Source: Lama guanicoe (taxonomy: Eukaryota). From it: a DNA stretch of 64,000 nt. Position 1 is the first letter of the stretch. The number at the start of each line of letters is the position of its first letter. The position numbers and the translations under genes were made by a program. The stretch is taken from the NCBI GenBank assembly GCA_013239625.1, contig MU054843.1, positions 5,313,184 to 5,377,183 of the forward strand, written 5' to 3'. The notes below the pieces were generated by a model. The model was not told the origin of the DNA. It saw nothing but the letters and a program-made list of their open reading frames with translations, and did no database searches. This document shows, in pieces, positions 51,190 through 64,000 of the stretch.

Positions 51190-51350
51190 AGACATTTGCT
51201 TTTCAAATGTTGTGCATGTAACCACCTGGGAACCTGTCAAAATGTAGTTCCTTTTCAGTGGGGAGGGATCAGAATCTGGGATTCTGCATTTCTAACAAGC
51301 TCCCAGTTGTTGCTAAGGCTGCCAGGTCTTGAACTACATCTTGAATAGCA
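51190..51350. mobile_element. MER5A/B-like hAT MITE
   Basis: cacctgggaacctgtcaaaatg...attctgcatttctaacaagctcccag. Confidence 0.75.
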
Positions 51351-54300
51351 GAGGAATAGGGACAATTTTAAGGCTGTTATTTTACAGTTATAAATTATCT
51401 GGTGAGAACAATCACCTTATTGCCTTATGCTGAGGACCAGCCCTACAAAGCTAGAGATGGCTTTTTAGTTAAACTCTACATCTAAGAGTCCCAAAGCAGA
51501 AATGTTTATATATTATTGAGGACTAGTCCTCCTCTCCATTCTTCATTGGCGTCCCATCCTCCCCAACCCTAATCCTACCTTTCTGTAAATAAATCATTTC
51601 GTGATATCTGTGGCAAAGAGAAAAAAATGACAGTGTTTCCAGAACCAAAGCCAAATGCATGAGGAAACTTTAAGAAAAATGTTTTGAGGAGAGTAAAAAT
51701 ACGTTTTTTGATAAACTTTTAAATAAGTGATTATGGAGGATGGGGAAGGGGCACTGGTGAGTATTTTAGAGAAAACTGGGTAGATGATGAAACATCTTAA
51801 TGACACATGATATTAAACATTGAGACCACATATCCTGTTAACCAATTCAAAAAATATGTTTTGACCCAAAGTATTTGAAGTAGAGATTGTCTCAGAAAAT
51901 CCATGACAAAATGTCCTTGCAATGTTAGTTTTATAGAAGTTGTCACTCCACTTCCCCAGGGGTGAGGAGTGGATATGTGCTGTACTGTATACAAGCTCAC
52001 ACACACACACACGTACATTCACAATCTATGCTGTACACATACACATGGTTTTTAAACTGGCTGAGAACTAAAAAGATTGACCAAGGAATGCTCTCTACTA
52101 GAAGCTTCATTTCCCTCCTCACGAAATTATTGTCTCTCTTTAGCTGTCCCTGACCACCCCAAGTGGCCCCATGTTCTGTGATGCACCCCCAGCTCCCTTC
52201 AGTAAACCTCACTTTGGTTGTTGTTCCCTGACAAACTGAGAGGCCCAGATGTAGGGCCAGCTCCAATGCACAGTCCTGCCAGCTGCCCTCCGTTGCAGGG
52301 AAAGGCCAGCAGTAGAGCTGTACCTCTCCGCCTGCTTTGGGTTTCATGGGCCTCTGGGCCAGGGCTTGGTATTAGGGCTCCCAGGCGTGGTGTGCCTTGT
52401 GGGGACAAACCTATCCCCAAGATCTGAGTTGCCTCTGGTTAATGCCAAGACAGATCCGAATGTAAGTCACCCACTCCTTGGCAGTATGGACCCTTATGTA
52501 ATGATTACTAACACATCCACCTTGTTTTATCAGCACCTCAATAATAAAATGGGGTCTGACACATGGGGTTAAACGACTTGGCCCATATCGCAGAGAGCAG
52601 CAGCCCTTAGTCTTTGATTGTGGTTGTTTAGTGTTTTTCTTTGATTCCTGCCTACAAGTTGGGAAGAAAGAATCTTCTGGGTTCAGAGACCCTTTTGTCC
52701 CCAAAGGTGACAACTGTACCACAATAAAATGTTAAGATATATTAGGACTTCAGCCCTCCATTTTTGGAAGTGATGTGCACAGTGGTTCCTGTAGAGGTAG
52801 GGTAGGGAGAGGGTGAATAGGTTTCAACTGGACACTGTTCATCCTGGGATTCAGACAGGCCTAGACTTATCCAGAGGACTTGGACAAAACTGCAGAGACT
52901 ATCTGGTATATTTTCTTCCCTTTTCCTTTTGCATGAATGACAAGGACACTTGGGGGTGACATGTTACTTGGCTTAACTACAATATATCAGGGTCAAGGGT
53001 GGGAAAGCACAGAAGAGTTGTTGTTACTCAGGTTGTCCCATGAGACTAACATCCTGTGAACTCAGATCTGTGTCCTATGGAGAAGAGCCCTGGAGCTCAG
53101 ACGCCTGTAGACTCACGTGGGCAGCACTGCTTTTACAATGTGAGTAGGATGTTAGGAGCCTTGTGTTAATATTTATTAAATATTTGGTACCAAATACATG
53201 CATCCAGATCTTGGCACATGGGAGGTGCCCAATTAAATATTGTCTTTTATTATCATTATTTTTTTCAGTCCTCACAGTCACCCCATGAGGTAGATATATT
53301 ATTCTCCTTTCACAGATGGTAGCAAGAGGTTAGGCAATGTTCCCAATGATATGGTTGGTGTGTGCAGGAAAAGATGCTACTCTCTGTGCTCCTATCCACC
53401 TAGGGGGAGTCAGTGGAACTGATAGCACCCTGAACAGTAAACTTTGTTCATCAACAGCATTGAAGACATCAGAAAGGCTGAAATTTAGGTATGTGGTCAA
53501 ACCTAGCCTCAAGCAAGGCTATGAAATACTGTCTTTATTTGGAGTAGTTGGGGGTCCAACAGCAAATCCAGAGGAAATGGAAAAGAAGAGAAAATGGATG
53601 ATGGGGTGAAGAACCATCTTAACCATACAAACCAAACCAGGATCTTGCCCTTCCTAAGTGCAAGGCTGATGCTTCTGTCCTGTGATCTGTTCCAAGAAAG
53701 TAACTTTGGGTTTCTCTATCTGAAGCAAAAGTTCAGCAGCTGGAGATCAACAAGAGAATGATTCTTGAAAGAGTAACCAAGAAGAGTTATGTTGGCCTCA
53801 AGGAATTTACTTATATTGTTTAAATATTCTTATTTTCAATCTTTCCTTTGCAAAAAGTTTAAAATTGATTCTGGAGTTACAACACAAAATGAAATGGCAG
53901 ATTATATTTTATAGTAAATTAAATGAAAACTAATCTCATATCCTGGATCTTACTTTTTCTTTTAATCTCCTTATTTTTCAAGCAAACTATGAGAAATGGA
54001 TTGTGTAATTTTGCAGGACTTATTTATCTGTTAAAGAAGTGAATCATTGTTAAACCAGGAAATTCTTGCAAAACTACAGTATTTAAAGGAAAAACATATT
54101 ACACAAGTGTTTGAAAAATGGGTATGAAAATATTTCCATTGGAAAGGTAAAATTGTAGGAAACATTTTTGAGATTTTGAAAGATTTGAGTAAACATTCAA
54201 ATAAACATGTGTTTGCCATAGTCTCTTTCCTTCCCAAGTGAGAATTCTTCCGTCTCTTACTGTAGGTTCCTGTTGTCCTGGAATGTTTTGCCCAAAATGA

Positions 54301-54449
54301 GTGTGACATCTGTTTTCTGCTGAGTCAAATGATATAGGAGATTCTTTCATAAGTCTTCCTTAGGGCCTAGAGGCATTGGCATTCACGAATGGGATTAACT
54401 GCCCTTGAGTTATTCCTTCTTTGAGATGTGTGCCATATAGCTGTCCCTC

Positions 54450-54970
54450 CTACGGTTGTCACCTACTAACTTCCTGGTTCAATCCCTGGTTTCATTGACA
54501 TCTTTAGCACCCAGATCATTGTCCTTTAAGCACCAACTGTGTCTTCATCCTTCTGGTGAGGTCACTTTATGGTGATGTCGGTGACCACATGGGCAACTCA
54601 CCCCTTATCTTGTCTTCTATTTCCTGGACCTCCTTAAATACAGTGGCTGTCAATTTTGCTCCACTTCACCCACCTGATCCCACCACACACTGTGGCTCTT
54701 GTCGTCTCTTGGAACTTCTCTAGCTCTGAAATCTTAACTTACCATCTCACCCTCAGACAGAACTTCTTATATTTTCAGTTGTCTCCTCTCTTCACTCCCT
54801 CACCACCTGAACTTCAGCCTCATGCAGATCACTAGTCCTTTGATCTGTCTGATTTTCTTCCAGTCTGTTAGCACCTTCCTGGCCTCATTCTTACACTGTC
54901 TAGCCTAAATTCATCCAACACACTCTTACCCACACTCCAAAGCCCTTGAACCTTTGTCCCCTGTCTAGAA
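54450..54970. mobile_element. L2 remnant
   Basis: Pyrimidine-rich L2 ORF2-derived sequence (gttgtcacctact, ttcctggacctcct, ccacttcacccacc). Confidence 0.55.
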
Positions 54971-55149
54971 AAATCTAAACAAGGTCACAGTCCTCCCATG
55001 TGAGATGAGATGGGAGGAGAGTAGAAGGAGGATAAATGTGTAAAAGAAATATATCAGGATGACTAATTTGGAAATTATAGAATTTGTTCCTCTGAAGTAT
55101 TGTTCGCTGCCTCTATTGGGTGTTAACACAGGAATGAAATGAATACAAG

Positions 55150-55620
55150 GCAAAGTGCCCAGGAAGACTCTATAGGTCATATTTGGGCAACTCAAGGAGA
55201 GTGTAATAAAGGGACTATTTTCCAACATGTGGGCAGAATACAGGGAAACCACAAGTGATAGTGCAGTGCCCTTGGCTGGCCAGAGAGAGAAATTCTTACC
55301 ATTCTTAGGCCTAAAGGGGCCAGAGGAGGAAGTCCCAACCAAAGCCCCAGATACAAAGCTGTGTGAAGAGGGTCCTAGCAAGGTGGATGGCCCCCAGGAA
55401 CCCTACAGGAAAGAAGCTGGGAATAAACATCTTGACCTCACCCTCCTCCCTCTCTCCCTCCCTCTTTGCTCAGACTCTGCATCAGCTGAGTTAACCAGAA
55501 GTCAGTGGGTGAGGGAGCCTCTTGATGAAGCCCATATAGGTCAGCCTCCCTGGGCACAGAGCAAGGAGAAGGGAGACATGTGGAGAGCACACATGAAGGG
55601 ACAAAATGCAAGTTTTCCGT
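55150..55620 (-). mobile_element. LTR41-like ERVL LTR
   Basis: gagagtgtaataaagggactatttt...tgtgggcag...gggaaaccacaagtgatagtgcagtgccc; explains ORFs 54965-55381 and 55227-55622. Confidence 0.65.
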
Positions 55621-57942
55621 AGTTACCACAAGTCCCCCTCTCCCTCCTCATTCAGATAATATTCATGGGAACTCAATATTACATTGTTAATCATCACTAG
55701 GCAGTATAATAGAGCAGATCCTAATAGCTGATACTCATTAAGGACTTACATGGGTTATATACTTGAGGAAGCATGTTCATAAATAATTTATAAATCTTGG
55801 CAACAACTCTATGAAGTAGGTACAATTATTAATTTCCAGGCGTTTATTTGCAATAAAGAATAAAAGCTAAAAGGATAAAAGATAAATAATTTGCCCAAAG
55901 TCACTTCTGAGATAAGTTAGACTAAGAAAAAAATAAAAACCCCAAAAACAAAAAATAAAACAAACAAAAAAACCTCAGTAGAGTGCCTTAGCACATAGTA
56001 AATGCTAGAAAATTTTAGCCATTATTATTAATATACATCTATTCTCTTAATAAACCTCATCACAACAATTCTGTGAGGGAAGTATTGTCATGGTCATTTT
56101 CAAATGAAGAAAACAAAGCCCTGAGAAGGCACATCACCTGCCCCATCAAGTGTTCTGACAGCAGCCAGGCTTTTTGTGCTACATCACAGCTTTTGTTCAT
56201 TGTTCATGCTGCCCATCTGTGAGGCAAAGCTCATGGTCACTTTTCCAAGCTAGTCGTTTTCCCATATTGACAGGCCAGCATTCCTGTTACATTTCATTTA
56301 TTCTCCCTGGAGTTACTCCCAAATTTTGAATGATTTTTCAGGGATAGGAAAAAAGGTTGTTAGCCACAGAAGGCTGTTGATATTTCCTTAATTTTAATCC
56401 TAATAGTGACTTAAATCTTCAACACTTGGAAGATTTGTGGAGGGCCTAAACTTTACTCTTTATTTTACTAGGAAAAGGTCAAATATTCTGTCTCATCTCC
56501 AGTCATAGCAGAGTAGAAAGAACCTTCTCCCTTGGAGCATTTTAACCATGGCCAACCCTCCACCACTTAGCTTCTACTTTCTGGGGTGAAATAAAATAAT
56601 GCACAATGTTCATCCAGGCCTATGAAACTTTTCATCTTCTGGCATCCAGGACCTCTTGACTTAAAATGCATCGAATTCCTGCTTGGTGAGCAAGTTAAAC
56701 CCAGCTGGGGTGATTTGTTAACTCTGAGCTAGCCAGAAGAGAACCAGTGCCCAGTCTGAATTCACACCAGGAGTATTCTACTTCTGTATTGTACAGCAAG
56801 CCTGCTGGACTGTGTGGAAATGAGTCTGATATATTCTGAAATCTGTCATCTTGGATAAGGTATTTACTTTTTCTGGGTCTCAATTTCACTCATTCATTCA
56901 CTTGTTCAAGGGACTTTTTGACACCTACTTAGTTGATAATTGTACAAAGCAAAGTCAGAACCAAATGTAGTCTTTGAGCACAGCTGTAGAATAAGAATGT
57001 TGAACTAGATGATGACAGAGGTTGCTTCCACATCTATTGAAATGTGGGAAATTCCATGAGTGGGATAGGTTGGTAGGGTTTTTTCTCATTCTATCACACA
57101 AACTCCCTTGGACCTGCGAGTGGTGGTGGGGAAACAGCAGTGATTAGTTTGGGCAAGTTCTCATCTGCTCCCAGTGGTCTCTTTGGGCTTTGAAACTTGT
57201 TCCTACTTTACCTTTCATCCTTTCCTTTCCTTGTTTGCTAAACACCTCCACAGCAAAGCCCCTCTCCTTGGCAAAGCAAAGGTTAAAATGCAGCTGACCC
57301 AAAGCAGTTTGAAGGAACAAGCAAACCCCAGCTCCTTGTTCCTTGGATGGCTTGTCCATCTAAACTGAGATACTTCATATCAGATCAGTTTTTATTGAAG
57401 TGTTAACATATTTCTCAAGGGATTTCTCAAGGGACACAATGTGTCAGCAGGACATCTGAAATTGGGTGCAGAATTAAAGAGTTCTGCATGCAACTGCATC
57501 TGCTTCAAATTATGTTCTGTAAAAGACAAAAATACAGCCCTGTGAATCTAAAAATACTTCTTAGTTGTTAGCCAAAAATGTATTTATTCTTGGATTCATA
57601 AAAATGCAGACCATGTGAAATATGTGGGGGGCATGCACTCTCACAAAAAAAATTGACCAAAGAAAGAGAAGAAAAAGTTAAAATAAACTTTGAAAATCCT
57701 TTATTAAAAGGAAAAAGAAGGCGGTAAGGCTTTGAGGTATGACTGGAAAGAACTGGGAAGACCTTCCCATCAGGGAAAATGAACACTTCAGAGAACCAGG
57801 TTGCCCCTACACCTCAATGCCTCCCCAGGAAGGCCCTGAGCAGCTGTGGGCCAGGGTCCCCACTCTCACCACTTTGGGGGAGACTAGTAAAGCCAGAGTC
57901 AAGGACCCATAACAACCCCAAATCTCAGCATTGTGGTCAGTG

Positions 57943-58224
57943 CAGTGCTTCTCAAAGCACCTAGGATTTGGAACCAGTATTTATTTTTCATGAATCCATA
58001 GTGAATCAATATTTTTAAAAAACACAGTAAGAATAAATTACTTAAAAGTTAAATTAAAAAGACAATTGAAATGAGTCCCCACTTTTATTACTATATTCAA
58101 CAAAAATAAAATTATATTTCAAAATTATAAAAAAATTACTATAAAAAGTTTCTAAACATGCACTTTCCATATTGTACGTATTTCAGTGTAACAACACCTG
58201 GGCACCACACTTTGAGTGGCACTG
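57943..58224. mobile_element. hAT-Charlie MITE
   Basis: Imperfect TIRs cagtgcttctcaaa ... tttgagtggcactg. Confidence 0.65.
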
Positions 58225-58437
58225 GTACATCAGAGTATGGGTTTGACAGATTTTCAGCCCAGCTCCACCATGTGCTAATAGTATACCGTTCGGTGTTTCT
58301 TGACCATTCTGAGCCTCTGATATCTCATTTGCCAAATGGGATAATACCTTTTTATGAGGACAAGGAAGGACAGCTATAACATGCCTGGAGTAGGGTTTCA
58401 ATAAATGCTACCAGGACTTAACATTTCCATGACCATC

Positions 58438-58896
58438 TGTGTTAGCTTTTTATTGCTGCTATAATAAATTACCATAAATTTAGTAGCTTAACACAAATGT
58501 ATTCTCTTACAGTTGTAGAGGTCAGAAGTCTAAAATGGGTTTCTCTGAGCTAAAATCAAGATGTCTGTAGGGCTTTGTTCCTCCTGCAGGCTCTGGATGC
58601 TAGAAGTCCAAAATCAAAGTGTCAACAGGGTCATACTCCCTCTGAAGGCCCCAACAGGAGGCTTCTTCCTTGCCCCTTCATAGCTTTTGGTGTTGCCAGC
58701 AATCCTTGGCACTCCTTGGCTTGGCCATCTTCTCCCTGTGTCTTCACATTGTCTTCCCCTCTGTACATTTCTGTGCCCAAATTTCCTCTTACAAGGACAT
58801 ATTGGATTTGAGCCCACCCTAATGACCTCATTCAGAAGTATTAGAGGTTAACACATCAACATGCAGGTTTAGGAGGACACAGTTCTGCCCAAAACA
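58438..58896 (-). mobile_element. MLT1B/C-like LTR
   Basis: ttattgctgctataataaattacca...aaatttcctcttacaaggac...cccaccctaatgacctcat. Confidence 0.85.
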
Positions 58897-61884
58897 GACA
58901 CAATCCATAAAATCTTTTACATCATTAAGTGTCAGTACTCAGTGTTTCTATATTAAGTGGTTAAGCTATCCTTCAATGGTATCTTGTGAAGTATTTTGTA
59001 TGTTAAGTTTAAGTGGCTTGAACACTGTCCTTCAGAGTTATCACCTTAGTGGACCCCAGAAGCACCCCAAATAGCCTTATCATTCACATCCAATTCAACA
59101 GACAAGGAAGAAGCCCAAGAGTTGATTATGTAGACTGGGAGAAGATAAGCATTATTCATGGACACTAACCATATCGTACACAAGGAGGCAAGAGTCTCCT
59201 TTATCCCACATGATCTTTAAACCACCCAGGGAGGTTCTCAGGTGGTTTGGACAGTGATGTTATTATTCCCACGTGTCAGATGAGAAAACTCAGAGCATGA
59301 CTTGCCCAAGGCCACATTGGGTCCAGCCTTCCACTACACACTAGTAAAGCCTGGTGCTTTTCCCCCCAACAAAAACAGCTTACTTTGTCTTGTCTAGATA
59401 ATAAGAAAAGGCCTTTTTAAGGGTAAAGTCTGTGGTCAATGAGTAGGAAAAGATGATATAATACTTCTGACTAAATCATATATTCCTTTGGCAGAAAAGT
59501 GGTTTATATCTTTAGATTTGGTCAAAGAAATTTAATATAAATTGAAAGCACATGAATTTGAAAAGGTTTACCACGTGCCAAGCACTATCCTAAGGGTTTA
59601 CATGTATTAATTCATGTAATCCTCACAAAAGCCATTGGAGTAGATACTACTATTGTTTGGAATCGGAGACACAAAGAGGGACTAGTTTACTAGAAGAGAA
59701 TTCATTCTTGCAGTCACTTCTGGGAATTCCAGCTAGTAGTAACATCAGTATTGTTAAAGATATCTGCCGTCTGTTGCATGCTCTGTCTTAGTAATAATGC
59801 TGAGAGGTAAGTATTTCTATCTCCCTTTCATAGATGAATAAACTAAGGCTCGGAGTTCAAATAATATAGCCACGATCTCGTGGCTTATAAGTGGCAGGTC
59901 TCAGTAGGGTTCGTCCAGATTCTTGGTTCCACCTTCAGACCCTCCCCTACAGCTATTCTGACATAAGTGGTATTTTCTTATAATTTAGGCCCTCTGGGAG
60001 ATTGGTGTTAGCTTCAAGCCTCAGATACCTCTAGGGCAGTAAGTAATGCATTCCTTTCACAGAATTATAAAAATCCTAAGAAATGGATGTTGTAGCCAGG
60101 CATTTACATACTTTCTAAACATATATAAGCCATCAAAAACTTTCTAGGCATTTTTTAACACAATGTAGTGTCATTCTATTTAGGCTGCAACAACCTGAAG
60201 TATCAAATTATCATCCAAATAAATAGAATCAATTATGTTAAGTTAACTGAATTATAAACACAACCCATTATTTGGTACATTTTAATATACATATAGTTGC
60301 CAGTTGCCATAGTTTCAATACATAAAATCACAATAAATAGAACAGCTTCTAGTAGACAGTAAGCATTTGATAAATGCTATTTAGTGTATTTATATGTAAT
60401 AACTCATTTTATTCAGAGAATACCCCAATAATCAAAGATCAGATGTGGTCATTTTTTCTTCCTTCTCTTCTTGACTCCTGCACTTGTAATAACTTTAAGG
60501 CTAGAATTTGGATATTTTCATAAAGTACTTCATTTACCAGGCATCAAGAATGTTCTGAGTGATAATACTGAAAACGAAGTGGATGAAGATAGGAATGGGG
60601 ATAGAGAGATCTTTGTCTTACGTTGGTTTGAATAGTTGTTTTTTCCTATGTTTTCATATAATTAGACATTAGGAAAGCCAGGGGGAAATGGGTCAGTTTA
60701 TTTAGGAGAAAATTATTTAGCTAAAATCAATGGGTCAAAGGTCATTTGGTCAAAAGCAGGCAGGTTCACTCAACAATATGGTCAAATGACAATTTGACAG
60801 ACAATGGATATTCCTGACACCAGAACTCCTTCTCAGTCGGAGCAGATCCTCTTGGTAGAAAACTGTAATATGCTTAGGAGAGAGAGGCACTCCCAAGCCT
60901 CCTCTGGGTGATGACTGTCTCCTGGGGTGGCCATGGTACCAGCAGGCACCCCTGGAGGACACGGTCTCCTTTCCCATCCCAGGTTGTCAGGCAGGTCACT
61001 GTGCCTCAGGATTAGGGGTGGGGTGGCAATAGGATGCATCAGAAAACAATAAAACAAGTGGAAGGAGAGGAAGGAGTCACTGGACTTGACATCTGGCTCC
61101 TTGAAAGTCCCTAGGAAGCAGTTCTATCATACCCACTCCTGGCTTTTCCAGGAAGCTGGAGGAATCAAGCCTGGTGTTCCAGATATTCTCCCAAGGCCCA
61201 CTGCTGGCCAGCATACATTTGATTTGATCAACATGTTTGACCTGCCCAAGAGTACCTCCCAGTATAAACCTCAGACTATTTGAAAAATTTGCCAAGGCTA
61301 AGCAGTGCCCTTTATTAACCAAACAAATTCTTTAACCTCATAATAACAGTGGAATTACTACTTTAAAACTCAATCTAAATATTGGCAACTGTAACCCAAA
61401 ATCACCTGTGTTTCTTTGAAGACACACTTAGAAATCTGTAAGATTTTTTTTTCTCTCTTTATGCTGAATGGAATGACAAAGAGCATTGTAGTCATTTAAT
61501 AAACATCATTCACTGATTACTTGCCTACAAAAGAGTTCTGCTTTTCCAACAAAATAATAGTTAAGGATCTACGTTTATTTCACAAGAAACTTCCAGGGGA
61601 AGGATTTTTCCCTTAATAAGCTTTTTCTGAAGTTGAATCAAGTTGCTCTGTTTTGAAGTAAGAATTTAAAATCACTTGACAGACACTGTGATGCACTGTT
61701 AGTCTTCAGGAATGAAGTGCTTACTCCCAGCCACTGGGAGTGCTGCAGGCAGGTGCCTTCAATATCAAACACTGATATGAGATTTTGGAATTTAATCACC
61801 CAACACTTACATGGCTGGTGACAGTGAGCAGCAACAGATAGCCCCTGGTACTGGTAACAAAGCAATTGTTAAAATTTTCAACCA

Positions 61885-62790
61885 GTGATGAGCTGGGATG
61901 ATACACTGGTGGAAAGGAATTCATCAGGTGGTGTTATGTATCAGGTATTTGAGAAATATGAGGGAAATAATAAGAACAATGGAACTGGATGGCTATTGCT
62001 AAACTTGATGATCTAGGAAAAGATACCAAAGAGCTGAGAGTAATTGACAATTATAAGCCAAGAGTGAATGCCAGAGAGACACCCCCTTTGGTGGTACATA
62101 AAGGGGTGTCTCTTACAGTGGGAGGACTGAGAAAGTTGAGAAGCAGCCCCAGGAATTATGTTACATTATAGTTGACTCCAAGGAAAGTTAAACTCCCAAC
62201 TAAGACATAATATGATGCCAAGGTTGCAGCCCTTTTTGGGAAAGAATGAGATTTAGAAACATGGAATAGGAACATCTTGGTAGATGCCATCCAAAATATT
62301 GGCTCCCTAGACTTCTTTAAACCTTCTGAGCCAGCAAAAGTGGTCCCATTCCTGCCTACTGAGGAATAATAAGCCTGCTAACTGTGTTTCCCCAGGTCTT
62401 TGGGAACTCTCTTATTCTCTCTTAAAATATAGTCTGAAAAGAACTAGACGTCCCATAGAACCTTACGTTGGTCTACTGTGTCGATGGCATCATGTTAATA
62501 AGACCAGAGGAGCATAAAGTGACTAGTTCATTGGAGGCTTTGATGAGACACACGCATGCCAGAGAAGGTGAGATAAATCTTTTGAAGTTTGTAAGGAAGG
62601 CCACATCAGTAAAAGTTTTAGATTCCCAGTAGTCTGAGGCAGACTGGGACATACTCTCCAAAGTAAAGGAAAAATGATTGCTTCCTGCATTTCCAACCAT
62701 GAAGAAAGAATAACCTGATAGGCCACTTTAGAATCTGGAGGTAGAACATTCCCCTCCCACCCCTCACCTCCCGCCCCAGGAATACTGTTC
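61885..62790 (+). mobile_element. Decayed ERVL (HERV16/ERV3-16A3-like) internal sequence: gag piece then RT piece
   Basis: Translation from ~62455 NLTLVYCVDGIMLIRPEEHKVTSSLEALMRH...EINLLK...TSVKVL...ILSKVKEK*LLPAFPTMKKE aligns by eye with ERVL RT (NITLVHYIDDIMLIGPSEQEV...EINPTK...TSVKFL...IPSKVKDKLLHLAPPTTKKE); in-frame stops. Confidence 0.85.
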
Positions 62791-63121
62791 CACCAGATAT
62801 GATGATAAAACAGAAGAAAAAATCATCTTTAAACCAATGTTTAATATTGAAAAGATGATAAAGATGAGAAAGGCTATCCTGAAGATTATCAGTGCAGAAG
62901 ATAACCCCCCACTTAAAAAACTCACCAAATATGGTACATACATNNNNNNNNNNNNNNNNNNNNNNNNNNNNNNNNNNNNNNNNNNNNNNNNNNNNNNNNN
63001 NNNNNNNNNNNNNNNNNNNNNNNNNNNNNNNNNNNNNNNNNNNNNNNNNNNNNNNNNNNNNNNNNNNNNNNNNNNNNNNNNNNNNNNNNNNNNNNNNNNN
63101 NNNNNNNNNNNNNNNNNNNNN

Positions 63122-63332
63122 GAGGGGAAGAGGATGGACAGTTTTTGTTTAATGAGTACAGGATTTCAGTTTGAAAAGATGAAAAACTTCTAGAGATAGA
63201 TGGTAGTGATTGTTACACAACAGTGTGAATGTTCAGCATTAATGTACACTTAAGATGATTAAAATGGTAATTTTTATGTTACGTAAATGTTACCACAATT
63301 TTTCAACATCTAGAACTTAAAAAAAAAAAAAA
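63122..63332 (+). mobile_element. L1MB-like 3' end with A-tail, after gap N 62944-63121
   Basis: gtacaggatttcagtt...gatggtagtgattgttacacaacagtgtgaatgt...ttaccacaatt. Confidence 0.8.
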
Positions 63333-64000
63333 CCTGGCCAAGATTGACATAATTGAACACTCTCATTACAAATTCAGAAAGCAGGATCCCAAACCTGCTG
63401 AATTATGAAATGAACTGTGTCTCTTCTGTTTTCCTGTGGCTTTAGATGAGAAATTTAACTTCATAGAGGGACAGGGCAAAATGTGTTCTCTATTATTGGC
63501 AACCACTCTCTGTTTGAAAGGAAGTGGAGCCAGAGGGTGCATTCAGTTCTGTGACTCCATCCAACTAGAGAGCTGGGGGTCAGCGAACTTCACCTTTTTC
63601 CTCTTCCCCAAAGCCTGCCTTTTTCAGAGACACAACATTCATGTCTACTGTTTTTATTTTTTCTTTATAGATGAGCCCTGATGCAGGTGGCAGGTGTTAT
63701 AATTTAGTTTCTCAGGCCCTAAGCCTGAAGCCCAGTATCTGGTTTCTCTGGCAGCTGTCATTTAAATTGATTGCAGAGTAAACTTTGTTTTTTCCTATGA
63801 GAAAGAGCATATCTTAGATACTGCTTAAGTAATGGTTTCCCTCTTCTGTGTTTTGAGCTTTCAAAATGGGTCTATTTAGGGAAATTTTTATCAGAAGTCT
63901 ATAAAAATAATTGCACACAATTAACTTTGAGAATATACTTTGGTTGCCTCTTTAAAAAAGAAGTAAAACTAAAAAAGCCACTCTCTGGGAACTTCCAGAG

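Noticed and set aside
1-64000. CRISPR arrays, tRNA/rRNA/snRNA genes, prokaryote-type operons, processed pseudogenes
   Set aside because: None seen by eye; the sequence is mammalian and the only tandem repeats are microsatellites and short duplications

Overview
Mammalian genomic DNA, almost certainly a cetartiodactyl and most likely a camelid. The young L1 3' ends are of cetartiodactyl/camelid type, and I saw no Alu, Bov-tA, PRE or carnivore SINEs. It is a draft assembly with five short N-gaps, each in or beside a repeat. I recognise no protein-coding gene. The ORF track is almost entirely noise, apart from decayed L1 ORF2 tails and an ERVL gag/pol relic near 62 kb. The main functional landmark is a CpG-island promoter at about 5.1-5.5 kb, with a minus-strand first exon (donor after 5143) of an unidentified gene that runs off the left edge. 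A CpG-rich, co-oriented solo LTR lies about 1.1 kb upstream of it. The remaining ~57 kb is repeat-rich intergenic-type sequence (L1, L2, MIR, MaLR/ERVL/ERV1 LTRs, hAT and mariner relics). It holds a few candidate regulatory modules: a CRE-like/TATA cluster at ~40.2 kb and an AP-1/RUNX/ETS cluster at ~47.9 kb. Repeat family names come from recall of consensus sequences and need RepeatMasker/Dfam confirmation; boundaries of old repeats are approximate. I found no convincing new biological system. The findings are testable hypotheses about promoter exaptation, retroposition and cryptic transcripts.
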